Assembly: GCA_937965785.1 (NCBI GenBank)
Contig: CALCKT010000062.1
Location: 27,893 to 91,892 of the forward strand
From: an uncultured Propionibacteriaceae bacterium
Lineage (GTDB): Bacteria; Actinomycetota; Actinomycetes; Propionibacteriales; Propionibacteriaceae
Direction: 5' to 3'
Length of the DNA: 64,000 nucleotides
This document shows positions 20,647 through 29,914 of the stretch, piece after piece (the stretch's first letter is position 1; each line of letters starts with the position of its first letter). The position numbers and the translations under genes were made by a program. The notes beneath the pieces were generated by a model that was not told the DNA's origin, made no database searches, and saw only the letters and a program-made list of their open reading frames with translations.

Positions 20647-21459
20647 ATGACGAGGGAGAGATTTCGCCCATTCACGGGAGACGCGGCGTCACGTGTGAAC
20701 CTGGAGAAGAATGCGCTGGCCTTGGTGCTGTGCCAGGTGCGTTGGCCGGATCTTCGGAACCTTCGTGATCCGGAGCAGCTCGGTGCACTGGTCAGATCCT
20801 TGGATGAAGCCTTCACGGACTATCCCGAGGTACGGGAGGGGCAGGAGCTGGCTTTCAACATCACGCCGGTCGGTGTCGCGCCCGTTCCGGGGGAGCAGAC
20901 GCATGATTGGCTCTCGGGGGACGGGGCCTGGATCGCAACGTTTTCAAAACACTCCTTTTCGCTGTCCTGCCTCCGCGGTTACACCCGCTTCGAAGAATTC
21001 ACCGAGCGCCTGCAACCCCTTCTCGACAGCGTCCTCGCGGAGGTTCGCCCACCCAGGCTGGAACGTGTCGGGGTCCGCTATGTCAACAGGTTCTCGGATG
21101 ACGACGTGCTGACGAACCCTGCGGCGATGTTTCACGGTTTCGGGCAGCCGCTCACGGCTGCGGATGATTCCGTGCAACTCCTCAACGCCACCCAGCAGTG
21201 CACGTACAGGATCGACGACCTGCTGCTCCAAGTGCGATCCGGCTATGTGCCCCCCGAACAGACGGTCGACCCGATGATCCCCCCAGTGGCAGGAAACAGC
21301 TGGGTCCTTGACCTGGATTCCTTCAAACAGGATGCCACCGTCGCCGATTCCGGGACGGTTATGGCAGTGGTTCAGAAACTTGCGGACATCAACTACGACT
21401 ATTTCAAGCATGCGGCCACCGACGCGTTCCTCGAGGTGCACGGTGGAGGAGGATCATGA
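20647..21459 (+). CDS. TIGR04255-family hypothetical protein
   Basis: Reads like the sporadically distributed TIGR04255 family. It is first in a translationally coupled trio. Confidence 0.5.
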   Translation: MTRERFRPFTGDAASRVNLEKNALALVLCQVRWPDLRNLRDPEQLGALVRSLDEAFTDYPEVREGQELAFNITPVGVAPVPGEQTHDWLSGDGAWIATFSKHSFSLSCLRGYTRFEEFTERLQPLLDSVLAEVRPPRLERVGVRYVNRFSDDDVLTNPAAMFHGFGQPLTAADDSVQLLNATQQCTYRIDDLLLQVRSGYVPPEQTVDPMIPPVAGNSWVLDLDSFKQDATVADSGTVMAVVQKLADINYDYFKHAATDAFLEVHGGGGS

Positions 21460-21968
21460 TGGCTTCCCAGATGACGGCTGTTGCCGTGCCCTTCCTGATG
21501 CCCTTCGCACTTGCCGGCGGGGTGAGTGGAATGCAGGGGACATTCACATCCCTGCCCACCATGTCGGCGGTGGTAGATCGCGTGGTTGTCGCCGTTCCTG
21601 CAGGTGACCGGGGTCTGCCCCTCCGGGTCGGAAATCCGGAGAAACAGCGACCCCTGCCGGAGCGTGTGTCGAGGCTGCGTGATTCCTCCGGACTGAGCGC
21701 GCAGCAGCTTGCCCGACTGTTCGGTGTGTCGCGGCGTTCCATCAATCACTGGCTCAGCGGGAAACCCATGGCCGACGAACACGCGACCCGGCTCGGCAGG
21801 CTTGAAACCGCTATCGCTCAGCTCCCTGAAGGGGCTGGCATCGAACGTCGTCGAGCATTGTTGGCGGGCGATGGGGGGCCGAGCCTTTATCAGAAGCTCT
21901 GCGCCGAGGTTCGTTCCCCGGACCCGCTCCAGGGCGTTGGCCTGACCGTGGAGGAGCAGGTGCGGTGA
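21456..21968 (+). CDS. HTH (XRE-like) domain protein
   Basis: LSAQQLARLFGVSRRSINHWLSGK helix-turn-helix. ATGA overlaps the upstream gene. Confidence 0.55.
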   Translation: MMASQMTAVAVPFLMPFALAGGVSGMQGTFTSLPTMSAVVDRVVVAVPAGDRGLPLRVGNPEKQRPLPERVSRLRDSSGLSAQQLARLFGVSRRSINHWLSGKPMADEHATRLGRLETAIAQLPEGAGIERRRALLAGDGGPSLYQKLCAEVRSPDPLQGVGLTVEEQVR

Positions 21969-22600
21969 CATCCGTGGTTGGGTCGGATCCTGAGGGGCAG
22001 GAGATGATGCAGGGGGACTGGGTGCGGTTGGCCGCTCCCTTTCAGTTACCGGCATGCCCAGACGTCCCCGTTTCCAATGTCGTGATCATCAGTCAGACCT
22101 GCGATGTCGTCCAGAAAACGCGGAAATGCATACTGATCGCCCCGATCGCACAGGCATCTGAGGACGAGTACCGGGAAGCCGTCAGAGGCAAACGCCCTTT
22201 GCTGCTGGCCTTTCCCGCTCAGGACGATGCTCCTGTCGTGCTGCTGGAACACGCGACTTCCGTTCCCAAGACCCTGTTGGCTGACGCAGCTTTGGTGCGG
22301 AGACTGTCCCATGAGCCAGCTTCTCACGCCGCCCGGGACTTCGCCCGGAGGGTTGGTTCCGCCCATTCACGGTTCCCCATACCTGACGAAGCGGTTCCTG
22401 CTCTCAGTAAGTTCACGGACCGGATCCGCAAAGAGGCCCCGAAAGACAGATCCGTCGGGCGGGTACTGAAACGTGTCAGGGAGATCCGCGTCGAGTCGCG
22501 GACTGCTTGGAGGGCTTGGTCCGACCGGATGATGTCGTCACGAGCTGCGAGGTCGAGGCGATCTCTGAGGATGATTTCTCATACGCGCAGTACCGGGTAA
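21965..22600 (+). CDS. Hypothetical protein
   Basis: GTGA overlaps the upstream gene. No recognisable domain. Confidence 0.45.
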   Translation: MTSVVGSDPEGQEMMQGDWVRLAAPFQLPACPDVPVSNVVIISQTCDVVQKTRKCILIAPIAQASEDEYREAVRGKRPLLLAFPAQDDAPVVLLEHATSVPKTLLADAALVRRLSHEPASHAARDFARRVGSAHSRFPIPDEAVPALSKFTDRIRKEAPKDRSVGRVLKRVREIRVESRTAWRAWSDRMMSSRAARSRRSLRMISHTRSTG

Positions 22601-22878
22601 GTGAGAGCCTCAATTTTGAGGCAATGTCGGTCACGCCCGCGCGTCCCGAAGGTAAGGGGTGAAGCGTCCAGCAGGATCTAAGCGCGGCAACTGCGGGAGT
22701 GCCGTCCACCAGTTGACACCAATGCTCTGAGTGCATTCACGCCGGGTTTCAATCCTCGATTGGGTGCCGCACCCCGAGCGAAATCCAACGGGAATGGAAA
22801 CAAATCGAGATGGCAGCCTAACCCGTAATCCAAGGTTTTTCGCCACTGTCTACAAAACCTACAACAGCCCGGTTTTCG

Positions 22879-23913
22879 TCAGGACAGCCAGGAGACCAGT
22901 GCCACCAGCAATGTCGACGGCACCGTCACCAGGGCCAGGCCCAGCCCGTAGGCCTTGGGTGATCTATGCACCACCGCCACGAACTCCCGCAACATTGCGC
23001 TGGGCCAGTAGTACCACGCGGTACGCGCCCCCAACACCTGGATGCCCGTGCCCAGGTCATGGGCCAACAGCGCGGCACGCATCGCGTGGTAATTGCTGGT
23101 GACCGCGATTCCCGTGGCCTGTGGTCCCAGACGCGGCTCGGCCCGGACCAGATCCGTCGACATCTGGAAGTTCTCCCGGGTGGTCGTGGAGTGGTCCTCC
23201 AACACCAGGGCGGCTTCCGGGATACCCTGCTCCAGTGCGTAGTCAGCCATTGCCCGGGCTTCACTGACGGGTTCATCAGGACCCTGCCCACCACTCATCA
23301 CCAGCAGCGGACGCCGTCCAGCATCAACCTCACCCCGCCACACCCCAAGGGCCCGGTCAATGCGTCCGGCCAACAGCGGGGTGACCTTCCCGGAAGGAAC
23401 CCCGGCACCCAGCACCATGATGAAATCCGGGTGGATTCTCCGGACTATACGTTGGTAGAACCAGGAGTACCCGACGAAGCAGAAGAACATCAGCGCCACC
23501 CAGCCGGTGGTGAACATGATGAACGTCGGGACGGGAAAGGCTCGTCTTTCCCCGGTAAGAACCACGGCGATACAAACAACCATTGCCGCAACCAGCCCGA
23601 CGCCAGCGAGCAGGGACAACGAGTGGGCCAAGGAGAAACGTTCTCTGCAGAGCATGACCAAACCGTTGAGGATGAGGAAACCCGCCAAGCCGATGGCCAG
23701 CAGGGGGGACATGAGCACAAGGAAACCCAGCCCCACCAGTGGGGCCGCGAAACCGAGGACCGCCAGCGTCTGGATGCCGAGCAGCAGGGTGGCGGTGATC
23801 CACCCGGCATTGGCCAGTCGCCGTGGTTCCTGGCGGATACGTCGCCATGTCGCCCACCCCACGATGAGCAAGGCCACCAGCAGTATCAATCCGATCAGGG
23901 TGCTCAAATCCAC
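22879..23913 (-). CDS. DUF218 (YdcF/ElyC/SanA-like) membrane protein
   Basis: An N-terminal polytopic membrane region plus a C-terminal DUF218-like domain (VLGAGVPSGK..., LVMSGGQG). Confidence 0.7.
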   Translation of the reverse strand: MDLSTLIGLILLVALLIVGWATWRRIRQEPRRLANAGWITATLLLGIQTLAVLGFAAPLVGLGFLVLMSPLLAIGLAGFLILNGLVMLCRERFSLAHSLSLLAGVGLVAAMVVCIAVVLTGERRAFPVPTFIMFTTGWVALMFFCFVGYSWFYQRIVRRIHPDFIMVLGAGVPSGKVTPLLAGRIDRALGVWRGEVDAGRRPLLVMSGGQGPDEPVSEARAMADYALEQGIPEAALVLEDHSTTTRENFQMSTDLVRAEPRLGPQATGIAVTSNYHAMRAALLAHDLGTGIQVLGARTAWYYWPSAMLREFVAVVHRSPKAYGLGLALVTVPSTLLVALVSWLS

Positions 23914-24065
23914 ACTGGCACGATAACCACACCATCAGAATAAAAATGCCGCTGGAGCCGTGATTCCGGGAACACTCGGGGTGATCTCAGGGACGCCGGT
24001 CAGCCCGTGGTCGCAAGACTCTTTCCGGTGTGACGAACCCAGGTCCGCTGCCCGGAGCTACCGGT

Positions 24066-24869
24066 TCACCTGGCTTCGTGATCCCCCACATGGGTCTGGC
24101 CGGGTGGCTCGAAGGCCTCCTTGATGAATGGGTCGACCAGTCCGTGGTAGGTCTCCGGGGCGTCCCGCCGCACGCAGTGGCCGACACCGTCGATCAACAC
24201 CAGGCGCACGAGCGGGTTGGTCACCTCGGAGGGGTCCGGGGCCATGTCGCCGTGGCGGGGTGCGAGGTACAGCGTCGGTATCGTCAGCTGGTTGACTGCG
24301 CTGACGAGGTCGGCCTCGCCGAGATAGGTGCCCTCGCGGATGAAGCGGCGGTCGACCTGCTCCTTGCACCTCGCCCACTCCTCGATCTCGGCATCACTCC
24401 ATGAGGTCTCGCGCCGCATCCGTTCCCGCTCGGCCGGGCCGCCATCGGCGACGAACGCGTCCAGGAACCGCTCCTGGTGCTCCACGAACCAAGGAGCCGG
24501 ACCCCAGTGCCCGGTGGGACGCGCGACGTCCTCCAGGACCAGTGCCCGAACCAGGTCGGGTCGGGCCACGCCCACTCGCAGCGACATGAGCCCTCCCAGG
24601 CTGTGCGCCACGACGACCGGTGGCTCTGGAAGCGAGGAGATCACCCGCTCAAGGTCTTCCTGCATGGTCTGCGGTGCCCGGGCCAGGGAGTCGTCGCCCC
24701 ACCGTGGGGACATCCCGTGCCCCCGCAGGTCCACTGCGAGAATGTGATACCGGGAAGACCAGCGGGCCACCGCGTCGGGCCAGGCGGCGGCCGATTCCGT
24801 CAGGCCGTGGACCAGAAGCAGGGTTGGAGCCGTGGGATTCCCCCACTCGCGCAGTGCAAGCATCGTCAC
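24066..24869 (-). CDS. Alpha/beta hydrolase
   Basis: HGLTES..., GHSLGG nucleophile elbow and a C-terminal His. Confidence 0.75.
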   Translation of the reverse strand: MTMLALREWGNPTAPTLLLVHGLTESAAAWPDAVARWSSRYHILAVDLRGHGMSPRWGDDSLARAPQTMQEDLERVISSLPEPPVVVAHSLGGLMSLRVGVARPDLVRALVLEDVARPTGHWGPAPWFVEHQERFLDAFVADGGPAERERMRRETSWSDAEIEEWARCKEQVDRRFIREGTYLGEADLVSAVNQLTIPTLYLAPRHGDMAPDPSEVTNPLVRLVLIDGVGHCVRRDAPETYHGLVDPFIKEAFEPPGQTHVGDHEAR

Positions 24870-25080
24870 CTCGGCGACTGTAACACCAGGGTGTTCGGAA
24901 GCGTCGTGGTGGAGGGGCTGTGCCCAGGATTCTTGGTGCTCGATCGGGGTGGCACAATCCTGTGGAACGGGCGGTTCCGTCGGGTGGGGTGGCTTCTGCG
25001 CGGAGGGTGTCCGACCTTGTCAGGCTGGCCTTCCTAACGTGTGGATGGGTTTCCTTGAGGGTGGACATAATGTTGAAACC

Positions 25081-25578
25081 ATGAGTACCGAGACCGTGAA
25101 CACCCCGCATGTGACCCTGTCCTTCACCGCATCCGCTGCGCTGCGCGACAGCTTCCAGCGCGTTCTGGTGAACCTCATCGCCCTTGAGCTGGTCGGCAAG
25201 CAGGCCCACTGGAACATCGTCGGCCCGAACTTCCGCGACCTCCACCTGAACCTCGACGAGGTCGTGGGCATCGCCCGCACGGGTTCTGACGATGTCGCCG
25301 AGCGGATGCGCGCCGTCAACGCCACCCCCGACGGTCGTCCCGCAACCGTCGCCGCCTCCGCCACGGTGCCCGCTGCTCCAGAGGGCGAGGTTCTCACCAC
25401 CGATGCCGTCGCCTACATCGTCTCCGCGATCGAGGCAGTCGTCGCGACCCTGCGCGACGTGCACGACACCATCGACGGGGAGGATCCCTCCTCCTCCGGC
25501 ATCATCGAGGACCTCACCGTCCAGCTCGAGCAGCAGGCGTGGTTCCTCTCCGCGGAGATCCGCAAGCCCGTCCGCTGA
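25081..25578 (+). CDS. dps: Dps (DNA protection during starvation) ferritin-like protein
   Basis: Dps signature (LVNLIALELVGKQAHWNIVGPNFRDLH), with the ATG at 25081. The track ORF is extended upstream. Confidence 0.85.
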   Translation: MSTETVNTPHVTLSFTASAALRDSFQRVLVNLIALELVGKQAHWNIVGPNFRDLHLNLDEVVGIARTGSDDVAERMRAVNATPDGRPATVAASATVPAAPEGEVLTTDAVAYIVSAIEAVVATLRDVHDTIDGEDPSSSGIIEDLTVQLEQQAWFLSAEIRKPVR

Positions 25579-25597
25579 GCCCGGCCAGGCTCTCTGC

Positions 25598-25632
25598 GAC
25601 CCCCGGCACGTCCGGGGGTCGCTTTCTGTTTC
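25598..25632 (+). terminator. Rho-independent terminator after dps
   Basis: GACCCCCGG-cacgt-CCGGGGGTC stem followed by the T-rich GCTTTCTGTTTCC. Confidence 0.7.
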
Positions 25633-25683
25633 CCCGCGGCGTCGTCCTTTTTGTCCACGCACACCCTCACTCTGGCGCATAGC

Positions 25684-25702
25684 TTAGGTTTGCCTTACCA
25701 TT
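25684..25702. promoter_or_regulatory. Candidate DtxR/IdeR iron box upstream of the siderophore ABC operon
   Basis: TTAGGTTTGCCTTACCATT matches 13 of 19 positions of the IdeR consensus TTAGGTTAGGCTAACCTAA, about 20 bp before the SBP start. Confidence 0.4.
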
Positions 25703-25719
25703 GCTGGGCCATTCCCGAG

Positions 25720-26781
25720 ATGAACGGAGCCCACGTGCTTTCCAGAAGGACCTTCGTCGCGATGCTCGCCGCGACCGCAACCGTTGGCATCGCCGCCTGC
25801 TCCAGCAATTCGACGCCCCAGGGCACCCCCCCGGCCTCAGGAAACGGTGGTTCCTCCCCCGCCGCCGGAGACGCCTTCCCCATCACCATCAAGCACGCCC
25901 TCGGTGAAGCCGTCATCGAGAAGAAACCTGAACGCATCGCAACACTCGGGTGGGCCAACCACGAGGTGCCGCTGGCCCTTGGCGTGGTGCCCGTCGGCAT
26001 GAGCAAGGCCAACTGGGGTGACGAGGACGGCGACGGCCTGCTGCCCTGGGTCAAGGAGAAACTCGACGCCCTGGGCGGCCAGACCCCCGTCCTGTTCGAC
26101 GACACAGACGGCGTCCCCTTCGAGGCCGTCTCCAACACCAAACCCGACGTGATTCTCGCCTCCTATTCCGGCATCACCGCGGAGGACTACGCGACCCTCA
26201 GCCAGGTCGCGCCCGTCGTCGCCTACCCCGAGGCAGCGTGGATCACCACCATGGACCAGATGATCGAGCTGAACTCCCAGGCCATGGGCCTGGCCGCCCA
26301 AGGCAAGGCGCTGATCGCGGACCTGGACAAGCGGGTCGCCGCGGCCATGGAGCAGCACGCCGGTCTCAAGGGCAAGAAGGTGCTGTTCTCCTTCCTCAAC
26401 GCCAGTGATCTGTCCAAGGTCGGCTTCTACACCACCCACGACCCGCGGGCTGGGTTCCTCGTCAAGGCCGGGCTGGGAACCCCGGAGATCGTCGAGAAGG
26501 AATCCGCGGCTTCCAAGGCGTTCTGGAAGGACATGTCCTCGGAGAAACCGGAGCTGTTCAACGACGTCGACATCCTCCTGACCTACGGGCCCGCGGACCC
26601 GACACCGCTGAAGGAGGCCATCAAGGCCGACGCGCTGCTCTCCCGCATCCCTGCGATCGCCAAGGACCACGTGGTCTTCCTCGGGCAGGACGCCCTCTCG
26701 GCCTCCGCGAACCCGTCGCCGCTGTCCATTCCGTGGGGCATAGAGAAATACGTCGCGAAACTGGCCGAAGGTCTCGAGTGA
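25720..26781 (+). CDS. Iron-siderophore ABC transporter substrate-binding lipoprotein
   Basis: Tat-type/lipoprotein signal (SRRTFVAMLAATATVGIAAC) and a FepB/FhuD-like periplasmic binding fold. Confidence 0.8.
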   Translation: MNGAHVLSRRTFVAMLAATATVGIAACSSNSTPQGTPPASGNGGSSPAAGDAFPITIKHALGEAVIEKKPERIATLGWANHEVPLALGVVPVGMSKANWGDEDGDGLLPWVKEKLDALGGQTPVLFDDTDGVPFEAVSNTKPDVILASYSGITAEDYATLSQVAPVVAYPEAAWITTMDQMIELNSQAMGLAAQGKALIADLDKRVAAAMEQHAGLKGKKVLFSFLNASDLSKVGFYTTHDPRAGFLVKAGLGTPEIVEKESAASKAFWKDMSSEKPELFNDVDILLTYGPADPTPLKEAIKADALLSRIPAIAKDHVVFLGQDALSASANPSPLSIPWGIEKYVAKLAEGLE

Positions 26782-27821
26782 CCGCTGACGGGGTTCTGAC
26801 CCGGCCGGATGTCGAAGTCATCAAACGCTCGGCCGGACGCCGTCTGCTGTGGCTGGCGGTCCTGGTAGTGGTCCTGCTGGTGATCGTGGTGGCCTCTGTG
26901 ATCTTCGGGGTGCGGGCCGTGTCCTTGGACGATGCCTTGGCCGCGCTGTCCGGTGGAACCGCGACGGCCGAACAGGCCGCCGCGGCCGGTCGCCTGCCCC
27001 GCACGGTGCTGGGGCTGCTGGCCGGGATGTCCCTGGCAATCGCGGGTGGCGCCATGCAGGCCGTCACCCGTAACCCGCTGGCCGATCCCGGCATCTTCGG
27101 GGTGCTGTCGGGGGCCTCCCTCGCGGTGGTGATCGGTCTGGCCTTCCTCGACCTCTCCCACCCCTACGCGCAGCTGTTGATCGCGGTGCTCGGGGCCGGT
27201 GTGGCGGCTGGGTTCGTCTACGGCGTCGGGTCGCTGGGACGCGGCGGCGCGACACCGCTGAAACTGGCCCTGGCCGGTGCCGCGACATCCGCGGCGTGCT
27301 CGTCGCTGGTCTCGGCGATCCTGCTGCCCCGGGTGCGGGTGATGGACTCGTTCCGGTTCTGGCAGATCGGTGGGATCGGCGGCGCCACCTGGGACCGGGT
27401 GGGACTGGTGGCCCCGTTCCTGATGGCCGGCGCCCTGATCTGCCTGTTCTCGGCGCGCGGCATGAACTCCTTGGCGCTCGGCGACGACGTCGCCACCGGA
27501 CTGGGTGAGAACGTGATGCGCACCCGGCTGGTCGCGTCCATCGGCGCGGTGATCCTGTGCGGGGTGACGACGGCGGTGTGCGGGCCGATCGCGTTCGTCG
27601 GGTTGATCGTGCCGCACCTCTGCCGGCTCCTCGTCGGCACCGACCACCGCTGGATGCTGCCCTTCGCGGGCCTGGCGGGTGCGTGTCTGCTGCTCGCCGC
27701 CGACACCCTGGGGCGGGTCGTCACCCCCAACTCCGAGATCGACGTCGGCATCATCACCCCGTTCCTGGGGGCCCCGTTCTTCATCTGGATAGTCCGACGC
27801 CAGAAGGTGCGTGAACTATGA
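26778..27821 (+). CDS. FecCD-family ABC permease
   Basis: FecCD polytopic membrane protein, with a GTG start overlapping the SBP stop. Confidence 0.8.
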   Translation: MTADGVLTRPDVEVIKRSAGRRLLWLAVLVVVLLVIVVASVIFGVRAVSLDDALAALSGGTATAEQAAAAGRLPRTVLGLLAGMSLAIAGGAMQAVTRNPLADPGIFGVLSGASLAVVIGLAFLDLSHPYAQLLIAVLGAGVAAGFVYGVGSLGRGGATPLKLALAGAATSAACSSLVSAILLPRVRVMDSFRFWQIGGIGGATWDRVGLVAPFLMAGALICLFSARGMNSLALGDDVATGLGENVMRTRLVASIGAVILCGVTTAVCGPIAFVGLIVPHLCRLLVGTDHRWMLPFAGLAGACLLLAADTLGRVVTPNSEIDVGIITPFLGAPFFIWIVRRQKVREL

Positions 27822-28858
27822 GCGCTGCTGCCATCCCCGACGTCAAGGCTCTGCGCGTCGCACGCTCCCGCCGCATCCGGGCCCAGGTCCTGGTAGTCCT
27901 CGTGCTGGCGTTCTTGGTAGTGGGTTTGTGGGCCGCGTCGCTGATGTTCGGTGAGAGCTTCTACGGACCCTCCGAGGTGTGGAGGGTCATCGCGGGTGAG
28001 CGGGTGCCGGGCGCCAGTTTCACCGTCGGTACGCTGCGGCTGCCGCGCGCCACCCTCGCCGTGCTGGCCGGACTGGCCTTCGGGTCTGCTGGCGTGACCT
28101 TCCAGACCCTGCTGCGCAACCAGCTGGCCTCCCCCGATGTCATCGGCATCTCCGCGGGGGCCAGTGCCGCCGGGGTGATCGGCATCGTGATCCTGGGGTT
28201 GAACGAGACCACCGTCTCCCTGCTCGCCCTTGCCGCCGCGATCGGTACCGCCGTGGCAATCTACGCCCTCAGCTACAAGGGCGGTTTCGCAGGAACCCGG
28301 CTGATCCTGATCGGCATCGGTGTTTCGTCGATGCTGGGGGCGGTGGTCACCTACACTCTCGCGCAGGCATCCGCGTGGGACCTGCAGGTCGCGACCCGCT
28401 GGCTGACCGGATCGCTCAACAGCGCGGGGTGGCCGAGGGTGGCGCCGCTCGCCGCCACCTGCGCGGTGATCCTGCCGTCGATGTGGGTGAACTCCAGCAA
28501 GCTGGCAGCGATGCGTTTCGGCGACGACACCGCCTCCGGGTTGGGCGTGAAGGTGTTCTCCGTGCGGGTCTGGACCATCGTCGCGGCCGTCACCCTCGTG
28601 GCCGTCGCGACCGCCTCCTGCGGGCCGATCGCGTTCGTCGCGTTCATGTCCGGGCCGATAGCGGCGCGGATCAGCCGCTCCGCCTCCTCCTTGGTGCTGC
28701 CGGCCTCCCTGGTCGGCGCGATCCTGGTGCTGGCCTCCGACCTGATCGGTCAGTTCGCCTTCGGCGCCCGCTATCCCGTCGGCATCATCACTGGTGCTCT
28801 CGGCGCCCCGTTCCTCGTCTACCTCCTCATCCGCTCCAACCGGCAGCGCCGGAACTGA
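27818..28858 (+). CDS. FecCD-family ABC permease
   Basis: Second FecCD permease, translationally coupled. Confidence 0.8.
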   Translation: MSAAAIPDVKALRVARSRRIRAQVLVVLVLAFLVVGLWAASLMFGESFYGPSEVWRVIAGERVPGASFTVGTLRLPRATLAVLAGLAFGSAGVTFQTLLRNQLASPDVIGISAGASAAGVIGIVILGLNETTVSLLALAAAIGTAVAIYALSYKGGFAGTRLILIGIGVSSMLGAVVTYTLAQASAWDLQVATRWLTGSLNSAGWPRVAPLAATCAVILPSMWVNSSKLAAMRFGDDTASGLGVKVFSVRVWTIVAAVTLVAVATASCGPIAFVAFMSGPIAARISRSASSLVLPASLVGAILVLASDLIGQFAFGARYPVGIITGALGAPFLVYLLIRSNRQRRN

Positions 28859-28872
28859 CCCCCGGAGACCCA

Positions 28873-29679
28873 GTGACCGCGAACCATTCCCTCACAGCCG
28901 TCGGACTCGGGCTCGCCTACGGCGACCGCACCGTCATCGACAACCTCGACCTGACCGTCAAACCCGGGGCCATTACCTCCATCGTCGGCGCCAACGGCTG
29001 CGGCAAGTCCACGCTGCTGCGTTCCCTCGCCCGGCTGCTGCAACCCAGGCACGGACAGGTGCTCCTCGACGGCAAATCCCTCCACGAACAGCCGACCAAG
29101 GAGATCGCGAAGGTCCTGGGCCTGCTGCCGCAGTCGCCGACCTCCCCGGAGGGCATCGTCGTCGCCGACCTCGTGGGTCGCGGACGCCACCCCCACCAGG
29201 GGATGCTCGGGAGGTGGAGCCCCCGCGACTACGAGGTGGTGGCGGAATCCCTCGCCGCCACCGACACCACCGAGCTGGCCGACCGTCCCGTCGACGAGTT
29301 GTCGGGCGGTCAACGGCAGCGCGTGTGGATCGCGATGGCGTTGGCGCAGGAAACCGACGTCCTGCTGCTGGATGAACCCACCACTTACCTCGATGTCGCG
29401 AACCAGCTCGAGGTGCTCGACCTGCTGATCGACCTCAACGCCAGGAGGGGCACCACGGTCGTGATGGTGTTGCACGACCTTGGGCTGGCGGCCCGCTACT
29501 CCGACGAGCTCATCGCGATGCACTCCGGCAGCATCCTGGCGCAGGGCGCCCCGTCGGATGTGGTGACGGAGGAGACGGTAAAGGAGGTGTTCGGGATCTC
29601 CTCGAAGGTGGTGCCGGACCCCGTCTCCGGGGCGCCGCTGGTGATGCCCATCGGCCGGCACCGGGTGAAGGGGAAGTGA
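28873..29679 (+). CDS. Iron-siderophore ABC transporter ATP-binding protein (FepC-like)
   Basis: Walker A GANGCGKST, signature LSGGQRQR and Walker B LLLDEP. The GTG start is at 28873, and the track ORF is extended upstream. Confidence 0.8.
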   Translation: MTANHSLTAVGLGLAYGDRTVIDNLDLTVKPGAITSIVGANGCGKSTLLRSLARLLQPRHGQVLLDGKSLHEQPTKEIAKVLGLLPQSPTSPEGIVVADLVGRGRHPHQGMLGRWSPRDYEVVAESLAATDTTELADRPVDELSGGQRQRVWIAMALAQETDVLLLDEPTTYLDVANQLEVLDLLIDLNARRGTTVVMVLHDLGLAARYSDELIAMHSGSILAQGAPSDVVTEETVKEVFGISSKVVPDPVSGAPLVMPIGRHRVKGK

Positions 29680-29752
29680 CGCGGGCAGCTCCGCAGATCG
29701 TCGTCCCGTCGTCCGGTTCGCCTGCCTTGCCGCCGCTCGCCTGTCCTGGTCC

Positions 29753-29816
29753 GGGTTCGCTTGTCTTGTGGTCGTCTGCTTGCGCTACAGCGCTGGTGAA
29801 TGACGTGTAGGCAGGC
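29753..29816 (+). repeat. Structured intergenic repeat, family 2, copy 2 (short variant), preceded by a partial duplication at 29713-29727
   Basis: ggttcgcttgtcttgtggtcgtctgcttgcgctacagcgctggtgaatgacgtgtaggcaggcg. Confidence 0.7.
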
Positions 29817-29914
29817 GAAAGGGGGCGCGGCATCGCCGTTGGGCGGACGGGGTGGGTACAATCTGCCCAACCTGATGTGTCGTCCGGGCTCAATGAGGAG
29901 AGACGAGGTCAACT

